Below, in pieces: positions 7,087 to 17,195 of a stretch of 64,000 bases of DNA. Position 1 is the first letter of the stretch. Every line of letters begins with the position of its first letter. The stretch is from an uncultured virus (IMG/VR IMGVR_UViG_3300040751_001717) (taxonomy: Duplodnaviria; Heunggongvirae; Uroviricota; Caudoviricetes), in the IMG/VR virus record IMGVR_UViG_3300040751_001717; one strand, given 5' to 3'. Below the pieces are notes generated by a model. That model did not search any database. It was not told the DNA's origin and was given only the letters and a program-made list of their open reading frames with translations. The translations under genes were made by a program, and so were the position numbers.

Positions 7087-9278
7087 TGGCAGAGCATAAG
7101 ATTCCTACATATAAAGACGGTGACTGGTCGTACACAGAATTTGAAACCAGAAAAGACCTAGTAGATTTTTTAACTAAAATCTTTATGGAGCCTGGTGTAT
7201 ATGATCTAGATGAAACTTCTTTGTTGTTTAATGAGCAAGCTAGGAATTTTGATAAAAATGGTTTTTACTGTGCTGCACCAATTCGTACTAAAGACTTTAT
7301 GACGTACTGGGAGTACGAAAAAGAAAAGTGCAGAAACGGTGTAATCTTTCACAGTAACAACAAGATCTTTTATTTAAGTAGAGATTATTACATGTGGTTA
7401 AACTTCTTGCCGATCTTTGATAAAGAAGAAAGGAAGTATGGTTTTGCTAAAGTTAGAGATGCTCAGTATCATATGGCGTTATATGAAACGCTTGCTGAAC
7501 TAAACTACAAGCATGTAGCAATCTTAAAGAAACGTCAGATAGCATCTTCTTATTTTCACATGGCAAAGGTTCTTAATCTTTTCTGGTTTGAAGAAGGTTC
7601 TATTGCTAAAATTGGTGCATCACTTAAAGACTACATAAATGATAAAGGATCTTGGAAATTTCTTGATGAATATCGGAACTTCCTTAACGAACACACTGCT
7701 TGGTACAGACCTTGTTCTCCTGATAAAGTACTTATTTGGGAACAAAAGATTGAAGTAAGATTAAACAATAGAAAAACTACTAGAGGTCTGAACTCTAAGA
7801 TACAAGGGATGTCTTTTGAAAAAGATGCTACTACTGGTGTAGGTGGTCCTTGTACTATATTTTTTCACGAGGAAGCAGGTATTGCTCCTAAGATGGATAA
7901 GACATACGAGTACATCAGACCTGCGATGTCTTCAGGTATGATGACTACTGGTGTATTTATAGCAGCAGGATCTGTTGGTGATCTTGATCAATGTGGTCCA
8001 CTTAAACAAATGATGCTTTATCCTGAGATTAATGACATCTATGAAGTAGAAACAAACTTATTAGATGCAGATGGTACCTGGGGTAAATCTGGTTTGTTTA
8101 TTCCTGAGCAGTGGAGTATGCCTCCTTTTATTGATGAATGGGGGAACTCTAAGGTTGAGGAAGCTCTTGAAGCTATTAAAGAAGAAAGACTAAAGTGGAA
8201 AAAAGATTTAAGTCCTGAACAGTATCAGCTTCGTATTTCTCAGAAGCCTACTAATATTGCTGAAGCATTTGCTTATAGAAAGGAATCTGTATTTCCTATT
8301 AATCTGGTAGCTGCTCAGGCAAAAAAGATTGAGGATAAAGAATACTATACAGAGTACATAGATCTTGAAAGAGATGAGACAGATACGGTAATTGCAAAAA
8401 GAAGTAATCGTATACCTATTTCAGAATTTCCTATTAGCAAGAAGACTGAAGATAAAGGAGGAGTGTTGTGTGTTTGGGAAAGACCGGTTCACAACAAACC
8501 AGAGTTTGGTTTATACTACGCATCTATTGACCCCGTATCAGAAGGTAAAACAACCACCTCAGACTCGCTCTGTAGCATTTTTGTATACAAGAACCCAGTG
8601 GAGGTTACCAGAGAGACAGAAAACGGCATAGAGAGCTTTATAGAAGGTGATAAGATTGTAGCAGCCTGGTGTGGTAGATATGACAATATTAAGACCACAC
8701 ATGAAATGCTGGAGAATATTATCGAATGGTATAATGCATGGACCCTTGTAGAAAATAACATTTCGCTTTTTATTCAATACATGATTTCTAAAAGAAAGCA
8801 ACGATTCCTGGTTCCTAAAAACCAGATCTTGTTTTTAAAAGATATAGGTAGTAACAAAAGTGTTTACCAAGAATACGGTTGGAAAAACACAGGAACCTTA
8901 TTTAAAAGTCACCTCATATCATATGCTATTGAATTCCTAAGAGAAGAAATAGATGTAGAAAATGAAGTAGATGGTACTGTAATTAAAGCGAAGTACGGAG
9001 TAGAAAGAATACCTGATCCGATGCTGCTTAAAGAGATGTTAGCATATCATCCGGGTGTAAACGTTGACCGTTTAGTTGCGTTTTCAGCTCTTGTAGCTTT
9101 TGCTAAAGTTCAACAATCTAATAGAGGTTATGCAAAAAGGCAAGAGAAGACCACTGAATCTTTGGAGAAATCAGATAATTTGTATAAATTAAAGATGAGC
9201 CCCTTTAGGCACATGGGAGGTAAAACTTCTCAGCTTTTAGGTGGTTCAAAGAAAAGCGCGTTTAAAAATCTGAAATGA
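7086..9278 (+). CDS. terL: terminase large subunit
   Basis: Walker A-like LKKRQIASS, Walker B FFHEEAG, nuclease motifs SIDPV, ENN and NVDRLVA. Confidence 0.93.
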   Translation: MAEHKIPTYKDGDWSYTEFETRKDLVDFLTKIFMEPGVYDLDETSLLFNEQARNFDKNGFYCAAPIRTKDFMTYWEYEKEKCRNGVIFHSNNKIFYLSRDYYMWLNFLPIFDKEERKYGFAKVRDAQYHMALYETLAELNYKHVAILKKRQIASSYFHMAKVLNLFWFEEGSIAKIGASLKDYINDKGSWKFLDEYRNFLNEHTAWYRPCSPDKVLIWEQKIEVRLNNRKTTRGLNSKIQGMSFEKDATTGVGGPCTIFFHEEAGIAPKMDKTYEYIRPAMSSGMMTTGVFIAAGSVGDLDQCGPLKQMMLYPEINDIYEVETNLLDADGTWGKSGLFIPEQWSMPPFIDEWGNSKVEEALEAIKEERLKWKKDLSPEQYQLRISQKPTNIAEAFAYRKESVFPINLVAAQAKKIEDKEYYTEYIDLERDETDTVIAKRSNRIPISEFPISKKTEDKGGVLCVWERPVHNKPEFGLYYASIDPVSEGKTTTSDSLCSIFVYKNPVEVTRETENGIESFIEGDKIVAAWCGRYDNIKTTHEMLENIIEWYNAWTLVENNISLFIQYMISKRKQRFLVPKNQILFLKDIGSNKSVYQEYGWKNTGTLFKSHLISYAIEFLREEIDVENEVDGTVIKAKYGVERIPDPMLLKEMLAYHPGVNVDRLVAFSALVAFAKVQQSNRGYAKRQEKTTESLEKSDNLYKLKMSPFRHMGGKTSQLLGGSKKSAFKNLK

Positions 9279-9391
9279 TGTTTGTGTATCAGAACAATAC
9301 TGGAGGTATTCAGGTATCCTATGATTACCTGGAAGCTGCGCCTGGAATAATTTTAGCATACTCTGGTATGTCAACTTCAATAAGCTATTGA
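9275..9391 (+). CDS. 38-aa small ORF between TerL and portal (not in the ORF track)
   Basis: ATGA overlap with the TerL stop; MMFVYQNNTGGIQVSYDYLEAAPGIILAYSGMSTSISY*; ends 1 nt before the portal ATG. Confidence 0.55.
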   Translation: MMFVYQNNTGGIQVSYDYLEAAPGIILAYSGMSTSISY

Positions 9392-9392
9392 T

Positions 9393-12140
9393 ATGCAGGT
9401 ATTTAATGCAATGCAACTAAAGAACGGTGCGAAAGCAGAGTTCAAAAAGATGGGTAACCTTACCCAACCTATACAGTTTTTACCTAAGAAAGATAAAGAC
9501 GAAGAGTGGGCAGCATGGAATATTGACTGGATTGAAACTCAAGGTTTGCGCCAGCTAAGAAGAAACTCTAGAAGACTTCTTAAAAACTATAAACTTGCAA
9601 AAGGTATTATCGATAAGACTGACTATATAGTCGAAGAAGATAATGAATACATGGATTTGGTAGACATCTTAACTCAAGAAGATGAATCCGCATTAGAGAT
9701 TAAATTCTACCCTATCATTCCTAACGTAATTAATGTACTAACTGCTGAATTTGCTAAGCGTTCTAATCGTGTACAGTTCAGAGCAGTAGATGATATATCA
9801 TATTTGGAAATGCTTGAGCAAAAAAGAGAGATGATCGAGAAGACACTCCTTGCTGAAGCAGAGATGAAAATGGCAAATAAACTTGCTAATCTTGGTATTG
9901 ATGTAGAAAGTGAAGAGTATCAGAACGCGCTTAATCCTGAAAATCTTAAAACTCTTCCTGAAATTGAGGACTTCTTCCGCAAAGACTACAGATCTCTCAT
10001 TGAAGAGTGGGCAATGCACCAGCTAAAAGTAGATGAGGAAAGATTTAAACTCCAAGAATTAGAAGAGAGAGCTTTCCGTGATATGCTTATTACAGATAGA
10101 GAGTTCTGGCATTTCCGTATGGGTGAAGATGATTATGAATTAGAATTGTGGAATCCTGTTCTAACTTTCTACCATAAGTCTCCCGATGTACGATACATTT
10201 CTGATAGCAATTATGTAGGTAAGTCAGATATGATGACAGTCGCTGATGTGATTGATAAGTTTGGTTATTTGATGACTGAAGAGCAATTACGTGAGCTAGA
10301 GTCTATTTACCCGATTAAGTCAGCTGCATACGCTATTGGTGGTCAACAAAATGATGGTAGTTACTATGATGCTACTCAGTCCCATAAATGGAATACTGAG
10401 ATGCCATCATTAGGGTACCGTCAATTTATGGCAACCAGAGATGCTAATAGTGGACATAACGGAGATGTAGTTAACTGGATTCTCGGAGAGTCTGAAGACT
10501 TATTTGAATTTGGTACTACAAACTTAATTAGAGTTACTACGGTATACTGGAAATCCCAGCGTAAAGTAGGACACCTCTACCGTGTTGATGAGAATGGAAA
10601 TGTTTACCAGGATATTGTTGATGAATCATACAAGGTGGTAGATAAACCATTGTACAACAATACTTTGATCAAACAAAAAACTAAAGAAACATTAGTATTC
10701 GGTGATCATATTGATTGGATCTGGATTAATGAAACTTGGGGTGGTATTAAAATCGGACCTAATTATCCTTCTCACTGGGGAATGCCTAGAGAAAAAGATA
10801 GCATGAGTCCGATGTACATTGGTATTAATGAAAACAAACCAGGTAGACTAAGATTCCAATTTAAAGGTGAAGACAGTCTTTATGGTTGTAAGTTACCGGT
10901 TGAAGGTTCTGTTTTCTCAGATAGAAATACTAGATCTACATCACTTGTAGATTTGATGAAGCCTTATCAGATTGGATACAACATTGTAAACAATCAGATT
11001 GCAGACATTCTTGTAGATGAATTAGGTACAATCATTCTCCTAGATCAAAACTCATTACCTCGTCACTCGCTAGGAGAAGACTGGGGTAAGAATAACTTAG
11101 CAAAAGCATATGTAGCAATGAAGAATTTCCAGATGTTACCTCTGGATACTTCTATTACTAACACTGAAAACGCTTTAAACTTCCAGCACTATCAGACACT
11201 TAATCTTGAACAAACAAATAGATTGATGTCTAGAACTCAGCTTGCAAACTACTTCAAGCAGCAAGCAATGGAAACCATTGGTATTACACCTCAGCGTTTA
11301 GGGGAAGCAGTTGAACAACCGACCGCTACAGGATTACGTATGGCTATCGCTAACTCTTATGCACAGACAGAACAATACTTTATTCAGCATTCAGATTACT
11401 TGATGCCGAGAGTACATAAGATGCGTACAGATATCGCACAATACTACCATAGCACAAATCCTTCTATTCGTCTTCAGTACATGACAACTGTTGATGAAAA
11501 GATTAACTTCCAAATGAACGGTACGGATTTGATGCTAAGAGATATAAATATTTTCTGTACAACTAAGACTAATCAAAGACAGATCTTAGAGCAGCTCAAA
11601 CAACTTGCAATGACTAACAATACTACAGGAGCATCTATTTATGATCTGGGTAATATTGTTAAGGCCGATAATATAGCAGAGGTTACCAACATTCTTAAGG
11701 ATGCTGAAGCTAAGCAAGAAGCATTTAAGCAGCAAGAAATGCAGCAAATGCAGCAGATGAAAGAGCAAGAGATTCAAGCTAAGCAGCAAGAAGCGCAGAT
11801 GAAGCTACAGTTCGAACAAGAAGAAAACGAAAAAGAACGTCAGAAAGACATTACAGTAGCAGAAATCAGAGCAGCTGGTTATGGATCTATGCAGGACATT
11901 AATCAGAATCAGCAGTCAGACTTCCAAGATTATATGGTAAAGCTTCGTCAGGAAGATAGAATCCAGGAACAACTCAACCTAAAAAAGGAGGACGCTATCA
12001 ATAAGCGAGCTATGACTAAGGAGCAAATGCAGATTGAAAGAGAAAAGCTAGCTACTCAAAGAGATGTTGCAAGTAAGAAGCTTGAAATTGCAAAAGAGAA
12101 CAAGAATAGATATGATAATCCACCTAAGAAAGATTCTTAA
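9393..12140 (+). CDS. portal protein
   Basis: 915 aa after TerL; FYPIIPNVINVL, SLVDLMKPYQ and GITPQRLG motifs; long Q/E-rich C-terminal coiled coil typical of podovirus portals. Confidence 0.9.
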   Translation: MQVFNAMQLKNGAKAEFKKMGNLTQPIQFLPKKDKDEEWAAWNIDWIETQGLRQLRRNSRRLLKNYKLAKGIIDKTDYIVEEDNEYMDLVDILTQEDESALEIKFYPIIPNVINVLTAEFAKRSNRVQFRAVDDISYLEMLEQKREMIEKTLLAEAEMKMANKLANLGIDVESEEYQNALNPENLKTLPEIEDFFRKDYRSLIEEWAMHQLKVDEERFKLQELEERAFRDMLITDREFWHFRMGEDDYELELWNPVLTFYHKSPDVRYISDSNYVGKSDMMTVADVIDKFGYLMTEEQLRELESIYPIKSAAYAIGGQQNDGSYYDATQSHKWNTEMPSLGYRQFMATRDANSGHNGDVVNWILGESEDLFEFGTTNLIRVTTVYWKSQRKVGHLYRVDENGNVYQDIVDESYKVVDKPLYNNTLIKQKTKETLVFGDHIDWIWINETWGGIKIGPNYPSHWGMPREKDSMSPMYIGINENKPGRLRFQFKGEDSLYGCKLPVEGSVFSDRNTRSTSLVDLMKPYQIGYNIVNNQIADILVDELGTIILLDQNSLPRHSLGEDWGKNNLAKAYVAMKNFQMLPLDTSITNTENALNFQHYQTLNLEQTNRLMSRTQLANYFKQQAMETIGITPQRLGEAVEQPTATGLRMAIANSYAQTEQYFIQHSDYLMPRVHKMRTDIAQYYHSTNPSIRLQYMTTVDEKINFQMNGTDLMLRDINIFCTTKTNQRQILEQLKQLAMTNNTTGASIYDLGNIVKADNIAEVTNILKDAEAKQEAFKQQEMQQMQQMKEQEIQAKQQEAQMKLQFEQEENEKERQKDITVAEIRAAGYGSMQDINQNQQSDFQDYMVKLRQEDRIQEQLNLKKEDAINKRAMTKEQMQIEREKLATQRDVASKKLEIAKENKNRYDNPPKKDS

Positions 12141-12208
12141 TTACAGAGAGGATTTTATTATAGCTATATACTCCTAAAAACTTTTTTAAAACTAACCAAA
12201 TAAACAAA

Positions 12209-12244
12209 TTTCTAAAGTTTATTTAGAAAAGCATTTGTATATTA
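12209..12244 (+). promoter_or_regulatory. late-promoter motif with an upstream inverted repeat
   Basis: TTTGTATATTA at 12234-12244; TTTCTAAA-N5-TTTAGAAA at 12209-12229. Confidence 0.55.
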
Positions 12245-12272
12245 TTAATGAGAAAGACATAAACCAACAGTT

Positions 12273-13508
12273 ATGAGCGAATTAAACCAACAAACAACAG
12301 TTAGTGAAGTAGAAGTTGATGATCTTGATGCCTTATTTGATGGGGCTCCTGGTGCAGACAGCGTTACTTTACCAACTGAAGAAACTAAAAAACCTAACGT
12401 TCTTTCAAATGCGGGCGCAGTAGATATGAGTTTCCTAGAAGGTGACTCGGAAGAAGCTGCTGAAGAAGAGACAGAAAACTCTACTGAAGATGTTGCTGAA
12501 ACTAAAGAAGATCCTAATGAGATTCTTGCAGAGTTAGATGCAACAGATGAAGAAGAGGTAGTTGAAAAGAAGAAAACGGGGAGAGCTAAAAAAGGTGATC
12601 CTATTAGCATTTTTAACAAGCTTTTTGAGGATGAAGTTATCATTCCTTTTGATGATGATAAAGGTCTTGAAGAGTACTCTGTAAATGACTGGAAAGAGCT
12701 AATTGAAGCTAACTACGCAGAACGCGAAAAAAAGCTTCAAGAAGAAGTACCACGTCAGTTCTTTGAAGCGCTTCCTGAAGAACTTCAGTATGCTGCTAAA
12801 TATGTGATGGACGGTGGTCAAGATCTTAAAGGTTTGTTCCGTGCATTGTCTTCTGTTGAAGAACAGAGACAACTGGATGTATCAAACGAAAATGATCAAG
12901 AAAGAATTGTACGTCAATATTTACAAGCTACAGGTTTTGGTAATGATGCAGAAATTGCAGATGAAATCGAAACATGGAAAGATCTAGGTAGACTTGAGCA
13001 ACAAGCTAAGAAGTGGAAACCTAAGTTGGATGCTATGCAAGAAGAAGTGATTGCACAGAGACTTGCAGAACAAGAACAAATGAAGGCACAACAAGAAAAA
13101 GCTTCTCAAGATTACATGGACAATGTATATACTGCACTGAAAGAAGGCGAGCTTAACGGTGTTAAGTTGGATAAAAAAACACAATCTGCTTTATACGCAG
13201 GTTTGGTTCAACCTAACTATAATTCAGTTCGTGGAGGACAAACTAATCTCCTCGGTCACCTTTTAGAAAAATATCAGTTTGTAGAACCTAACTACACTTT
13301 GATTTCTGAAGCGTTGTGGCTGCTATCTGATCCGGAAGGTTACCGCGGTAAGATTGCAGAGATTGGTAAAAAAGAAGCAGTTGAGAAAACAGTAAGACAG
13401 CTTAAGACAGAGCAGTCTAAACGTTTGAGCTCTACTGCTCCTGAAGAAAAGGAAACCAAAAAAGGAAGATCGATTCCTAGACAGAATAATATTTTTAAAA
13501 GATTTTAA
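12273..13508 (+). CDS. acidic scaffold-like head assembly protein
   Basis: 411 aa, very acidic N-terminus, coiled coils; lies between portal and MCP. Confidence 0.7.
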   Translation: MSELNQQTTVSEVEVDDLDALFDGAPGADSVTLPTEETKKPNVLSNAGAVDMSFLEGDSEEAAEEETENSTEDVAETKEDPNEILAELDATDEEEVVEKKKTGRAKKGDPISIFNKLFEDEVIIPFDDDKGLEEYSVNDWKELIEANYAEREKKLQEEVPRQFFEALPEELQYAAKYVMDGGQDLKGLFRALSSVEEQRQLDVSNENDQERIVRQYLQATGFGNDAEIADEIETWKDLGRLEQQAKKWKPKLDAMQEEVIAQRLAEQEQMKAQQEKASQDYMDNVYTALKEGELNGVKLDKKTQSALYAGLVQPNYNSVRGGQTNLLGHLLEKYQFVEPNYTLISEALWLLSDPEGYRGKIAEIGKKEAVEKTVRQLKTEQSKRLSSTAPEEKETKKGRSIPRQNNIFKRF

Positions 13509-13539
13509 CAACAACTATTAATTTTTAATCTCTAAAACA

Positions 13540-15153
13540 ATGGCAACACCTGTTTTAAACAATGGGATTTTCTTGAGAGACACTAGCTACAAAGCTAGCT
13601 CTCACGTTGATTCCTATCACCTAGCTAACATGCTTGGTGGAACAGAACCTACTGATATGGGTCCTGTTGATCTTTGGGCAATGGCTCAGAAAGTTGAAAT
13701 GCCACTATACCAGATGGCATCTTTTGGTGGTAAAAACACTATCAACGTTGATAACGCTCGTGGTGAGTACAAGTGGCAGGTTCCTGTAGCTCAGGATCTT
13801 CCTTACATCTTGGAATCACAAACTGGTTCTCTCGGTGCTGATGGCGTACCTTTCACCATTAAATTGAACAAGCGTTCTTTTGGTCACGGTGATATCATCA
13901 CTTATGACAAGTACAACGGTATGGAAATGTACATCACTTCTGATGACATTCTTCCTGTAACCGATGGTTTTGTTTACACTGTACAGTTGGTTAACAACGA
14001 CAACAGTGCTCCTATCGATGCTGACACTTACTTGAAGGCTGGTACTAAATTGTTCCGTAAAGGTTCTGCTCGTGGTGAATACGGTGAGCGTTTCTCTGAC
14101 ATCGGTGAATTCGGTACTGGATTCCGTGAGTTCTACAACTTCGTAGGTGGTGCTGAAGCTCACGTACACTACTCTGTTTCTTCTCGTGCAGACATGATGA
14201 TCAAAGGTGGTATGCGTGCAGATGGTACTGTACCTGTAACTGAGATCTGGAGAAACTTCGATCAGAACATGGATCCATCTATCACTAGCTTGGAAGACAT
14301 GGTATCTAGAATGGGTAAAGATGCTGTTAAGCGTGCATTCGATAACGGTACTCTTTCTCGTACTTTCTTGACATCTATGGAAGCTGCTCACTTGAGCAAA
14401 ATTGCTAGCGATATCGAAACTTACTTGATGTGGGGACAAGGTGGTCGCGTTAAGCAAGACGGACCAGATGATGTACGTCTATCTGTAGGTTTGTGGAAGC
14501 AATTGGATAACTCATTCAAGCGCATCTACAACAAGTCTGGTTTCTCTCTAGACATGTTCAAAGCAGAATTGTACAACTTCTACCAAGGTCGTGTAGAGTT
14601 ACAAGGACCAGATCCAAATCGTCAGATTATCGTTCAAACTGGTTTGGGTGGTATGAAGATGGTGAACGAAGCTATCAAAGCTGAAGCTAACGCATCAGGT
14701 TTGTTGGTTCGCGCTACTGATATTGGTGCAGTTTCAGGTACTAACATGGACTTGAACTTTGGTTTCGCTTACACTTCTTACGTTATTCCATTCTTGGCAA
14801 ACGTTAAGTTCGTGTTGAACCCTGCATTTGATAACTTGCACACTAACGATATTGAGAACCCTCTTATCGATGGTCACCCATTGAGCTCTTACAGCTTTGT
14901 AGTATTTGATGTTACTGAAAACGGTAACGACAACATCTACTTGTTGAAGTTGAACTGGGATAACCAATTGAAGTGGTTCTACCAAAATGGTACTATGGAT
15001 TACATGGGACGTACTCAAGGATTCCAGTCTTCTGGAAACTTTAATGGTTACCGTGTATTCATGTCTCAAACGATGCCAGCTATCTGGGTTAAAGACGCTA
15101 CTAAAGTGTTGAAGATCGTAATGAGAAACCCAATCACTGGTGGATCATTCTAA
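13540..15153 (+). CDS. major capsid protein
   Basis: 537 aa; position after portal and scaffold; strong highly-expressed codon bias (TTC, AAC, ATC, CGT, GGT); GLWKQL motif; followed by a terminator. Confidence 0.9.
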   Translation: MATPVLNNGIFLRDTSYKASSHVDSYHLANMLGGTEPTDMGPVDLWAMAQKVEMPLYQMASFGGKNTINVDNARGEYKWQVPVAQDLPYILESQTGSLGADGVPFTIKLNKRSFGHGDIITYDKYNGMEMYITSDDILPVTDGFVYTVQLVNNDNSAPIDADTYLKAGTKLFRKGSARGEYGERFSDIGEFGTGFREFYNFVGGAEAHVHYSVSSRADMMIKGGMRADGTVPVTEIWRNFDQNMDPSITSLEDMVSRMGKDAVKRAFDNGTLSRTFLTSMEAAHLSKIASDIETYLMWGQGGRVKQDGPDDVRLSVGLWKQLDNSFKRIYNKSGFSLDMFKAELYNFYQGRVELQGPDPNRQIIVQTGLGGMKMVNEAIKAEANASGLLVRATDIGAVSGTNMDLNFGFAYTSYVIPFLANVKFVLNPAFDNLHTNDIENPLIDGHPLSSYSFVVFDVTENGNDNIYLLKLNWDNQLKWFYQNGTMDYMGRTQGFQSSGNFNGYRVFMSQTMPAIWVKDATKVLKIVMRNPITGGSF

Positions 15154-15165
15154 TACATGAAGTAG

Positions 15166-15195
15166 ATCGGGGGGAGTAAAATCCCTCCGATTTTT
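15166..15195 (+). terminator. intrinsic terminator after MCP
   Basis: ATCGGGGGGA-GTAAAA-TCCCTCCGAT followed by TTTT. Confidence 0.8.
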
Positions 15196-15201
15196 ACTTC
15201 C

Positions 15202-15264
15202 AGCTGTTACACGCCTGTGCTGAAAGACCGTATGCTTTTGGTAGAGCTGGCAACTCTGACAGCT
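15202..15264 (+). ncRNA. candidate structured RNA element after the MCP terminator
   Basis: closing stem AGCTGTT/GACAGCT; internal AGAG-CTGGCAA-CTCT hairpin. Confidence 0.35.
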
Positions 15265-15299
15265 ACTAAGTTTACCATAACTTAAATTAAACCAACATT

Positions 15300-16310
15300 A
15301 TGACAACAATTATTGAAAAGTATCAAGCAAACAAGAAAAAGCAGATTGCTATTCGACCTATGTTCAACCCAGGAAGAGACAATATGGGTCTAGAAAAATA
15401 TAATCTGACCTTGTTTGATAATGTTTATCATGAAGAGCAACTAGCTTGTCTAGAGGCTAATGGTGTTAAACGTTATGTAACTGGACTTAATGAATTTGCA
15501 CCAGAGATTAAGCTTCTACCTCCTTCTGAGAGAGATGCAAAATCTAAGCAAATCAGAGAGCTCGTATCTGAGCTTGAAAAAGAATTAGCAGCTAATATTG
15601 TAAACCCAGATGATGCAGAGTTTTGGAATAAGATTAAACTTCTTCGTCCGGATAATGATGAGTTTTGGGGTAGAATCAGTCTTCGCTGCGGTAATGAACC
15701 AGTTTATCTAGATCCTGCTAAAGATCCTTATGATCTTATTAAGCTTTGTGCAATTGAAGCAGGTGGTTTTTCAATGGTTGGTAAAAGCTTAGAAGCTGCA
15801 AGCAAAATGGCTAAAGCACCTAAGTTTTATTTAGACAAAGTAGAAACTACGGTTTCACATAGAACTGAAATTACCAAGCTTCGTAATAAAGCTCTATCGG
15901 AGCTTCAAAAACTTTACGATAAGAATGCTAATAAGTTATTCTTGATTGCTAAGGTAATCGATGTAGATAGTGTTCAGTATACCAAGAGTACACCTAATGA
16001 CGTACTATATGAAAATATGGATGCGTTTATTAATGGTTTATCTGTAGAAAAAGATAAAAAGAAAACAGCACAGCAGTTCCTTTCAGTTGTAGATGAGGAT
16101 ATGGAAACATTGAAACTACGTGCAATTGTGAAGGATTCAGCTAGATATAAGGTTATTACTAATAAATCAGATGGTATGATTTACCATACCTTCAGTGGTG
16201 CACAAATGGGACGCACACCTAGTGATGTTATCGAGTTCCTAAAAAATCCACTAAACGAAGAAATTCTGATGCAGGTAATGACCGATGTAGAAAGTTATTG
16301 GAACAACTAA
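15300..16310 (+). CDS. conserved crAss-like head-module protein
   Basis: 336 aa directly after MCP; YVTGL and FLKNPLN motifs. Confidence 0.7.
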   Translation: MTTIIEKYQANKKKQIAIRPMFNPGRDNMGLEKYNLTLFDNVYHEEQLACLEANGVKRYVTGLNEFAPEIKLLPPSERDAKSKQIRELVSELEKELAANIVNPDDAEFWNKIKLLRPDNDEFWGRISLRCGNEPVYLDPAKDPYDLIKLCAIEAGGFSMVGKSLEAASKMAKAPKFYLDKVETTVSHRTEITKLRNKALSELQKLYDKNANKLFLIAKVIDVDSVQYTKSTPNDVLYENMDAFINGLSVEKDKKKTAQQFLSVVDEDMETLKLRAIVKDSARYKVITNKSDGMIYHTFSGAQMGRTPSDVIEFLKNPLNEEILMQVMTDVESYWNN

Positions 16311-16321
16311 ACAACTATAAA

Positions 16322-16483
16322 ATGGCTAATAAAGATATTCAGGATTTTGAACTAGAAAAAGAAGATGACTTTCAGGATATGATGGAAAGTGATTTTGCTG
16401 ATTGGGTTAGTGAGCTAGAAGAAGCTGAGCAACCTAAAGCTTGTAGTATTGATGACCCCGAATGTGAAGCCTGTGGTTCTTAA
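16322..16483 (+). CDS. 53-aa acidic mini-protein with an RNR-alpha-like C-terminal Cys tail
   Basis: start set at the ATG at 16322; ends QPKACSIDDPECEACGS. Confidence 0.8.
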   Translation: MANKDIQDFELEKEDDFQDMMESDFADWVSELEEAEQPKACSIDDPECEACGS

Positions 16484-16493
16484 CTAATACATC

Positions 16494-17195
16494 ATGAACA
16501 ACGCAACTCTACAACTCAAAATTAAACAAAGGCTGAATAAGCTTGCTAGCAACGATTATGATAATATCGAGTGCTGGCAAATTGTTGAAGCTTTTAATAA
16601 AGCGCAGCTAGAATGGGTGCGTAGACAGTTGCATGCTAGTAACATCTTCAAAGAAGGTGACGAGCAATCAAAGAGAAGAATAGACGACCTGCAAATTTTA
16701 ATGCAACAAACCAACTTAAATGTGCAGGACCGTGTTTTATTTTATGAGTCAAGCGAGCTACCCTCAGATTACCTAGAGTATAAGAGGGTAGCTACACTTG
16801 CAAAAGACGAGTGTTGTCCTCCTAGAGGCATGACAGTTTACTTAGCAGAAGAAGCTAATGTAGATCAATTACTTAGAGACGTAAACAAAAAACCTAGTTG
16901 GGAGTGGGGAGAAATGTTTGCTACCCTTATTGGTAACCGAGTACGTCTATATACAAATGATGAGTTTGATTTAGTAAGACCGTCTTTGTATTACTATAGA
17001 AAACCAATCAACATTCAAATCGCAGGATGTAAAGATCCCTATACACAAGCTTTATCAGCTGCAGATGTAGAATGCGAATTTAAAGATGATATTGTTGAAT
17101 TGTTGATTGATGAAACAGTAAGTATTCTAGCTGGTGATATTGAGTCTATTATTCAGTATCAGCGCGGTTCTCAATCTGCAGAAAAGAATAACTAA
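16494..17195 (+). CDS. head-tail connector / ring protein
   Basis: 233 aa; FNKAQ, LPSDYL and YYRKP motifs; helical termini as in adaptor ring proteins. Confidence 0.7.
   Translation: MNNATLQLKIKQRLNKLASNDYDNIECWQIVEAFNKAQLEWVRRQLHASNIFKEGDEQSKRRIDDLQILMQQTNLNVQDRVLFYESSELPSDYLEYKRVATLAKDECCPPRGMTVYLAEEANVDQLLRDVNKKPSWEWGEMFATLIGNRVRLYTNDEFDLVRPSLYYYRKPINIQIAGCKDPYTQALSAADVECEFKDDIVELLIDETVSILAGDIESIIQYQRGSQSAEKNN

Noticed and set aside
7086..15153. Inteins or group I introns in TerL, portal or MCP
   Set aside because: The ORFs are continuous, of ordinary length, and show no splice-junction or homing-endonuclease motifs
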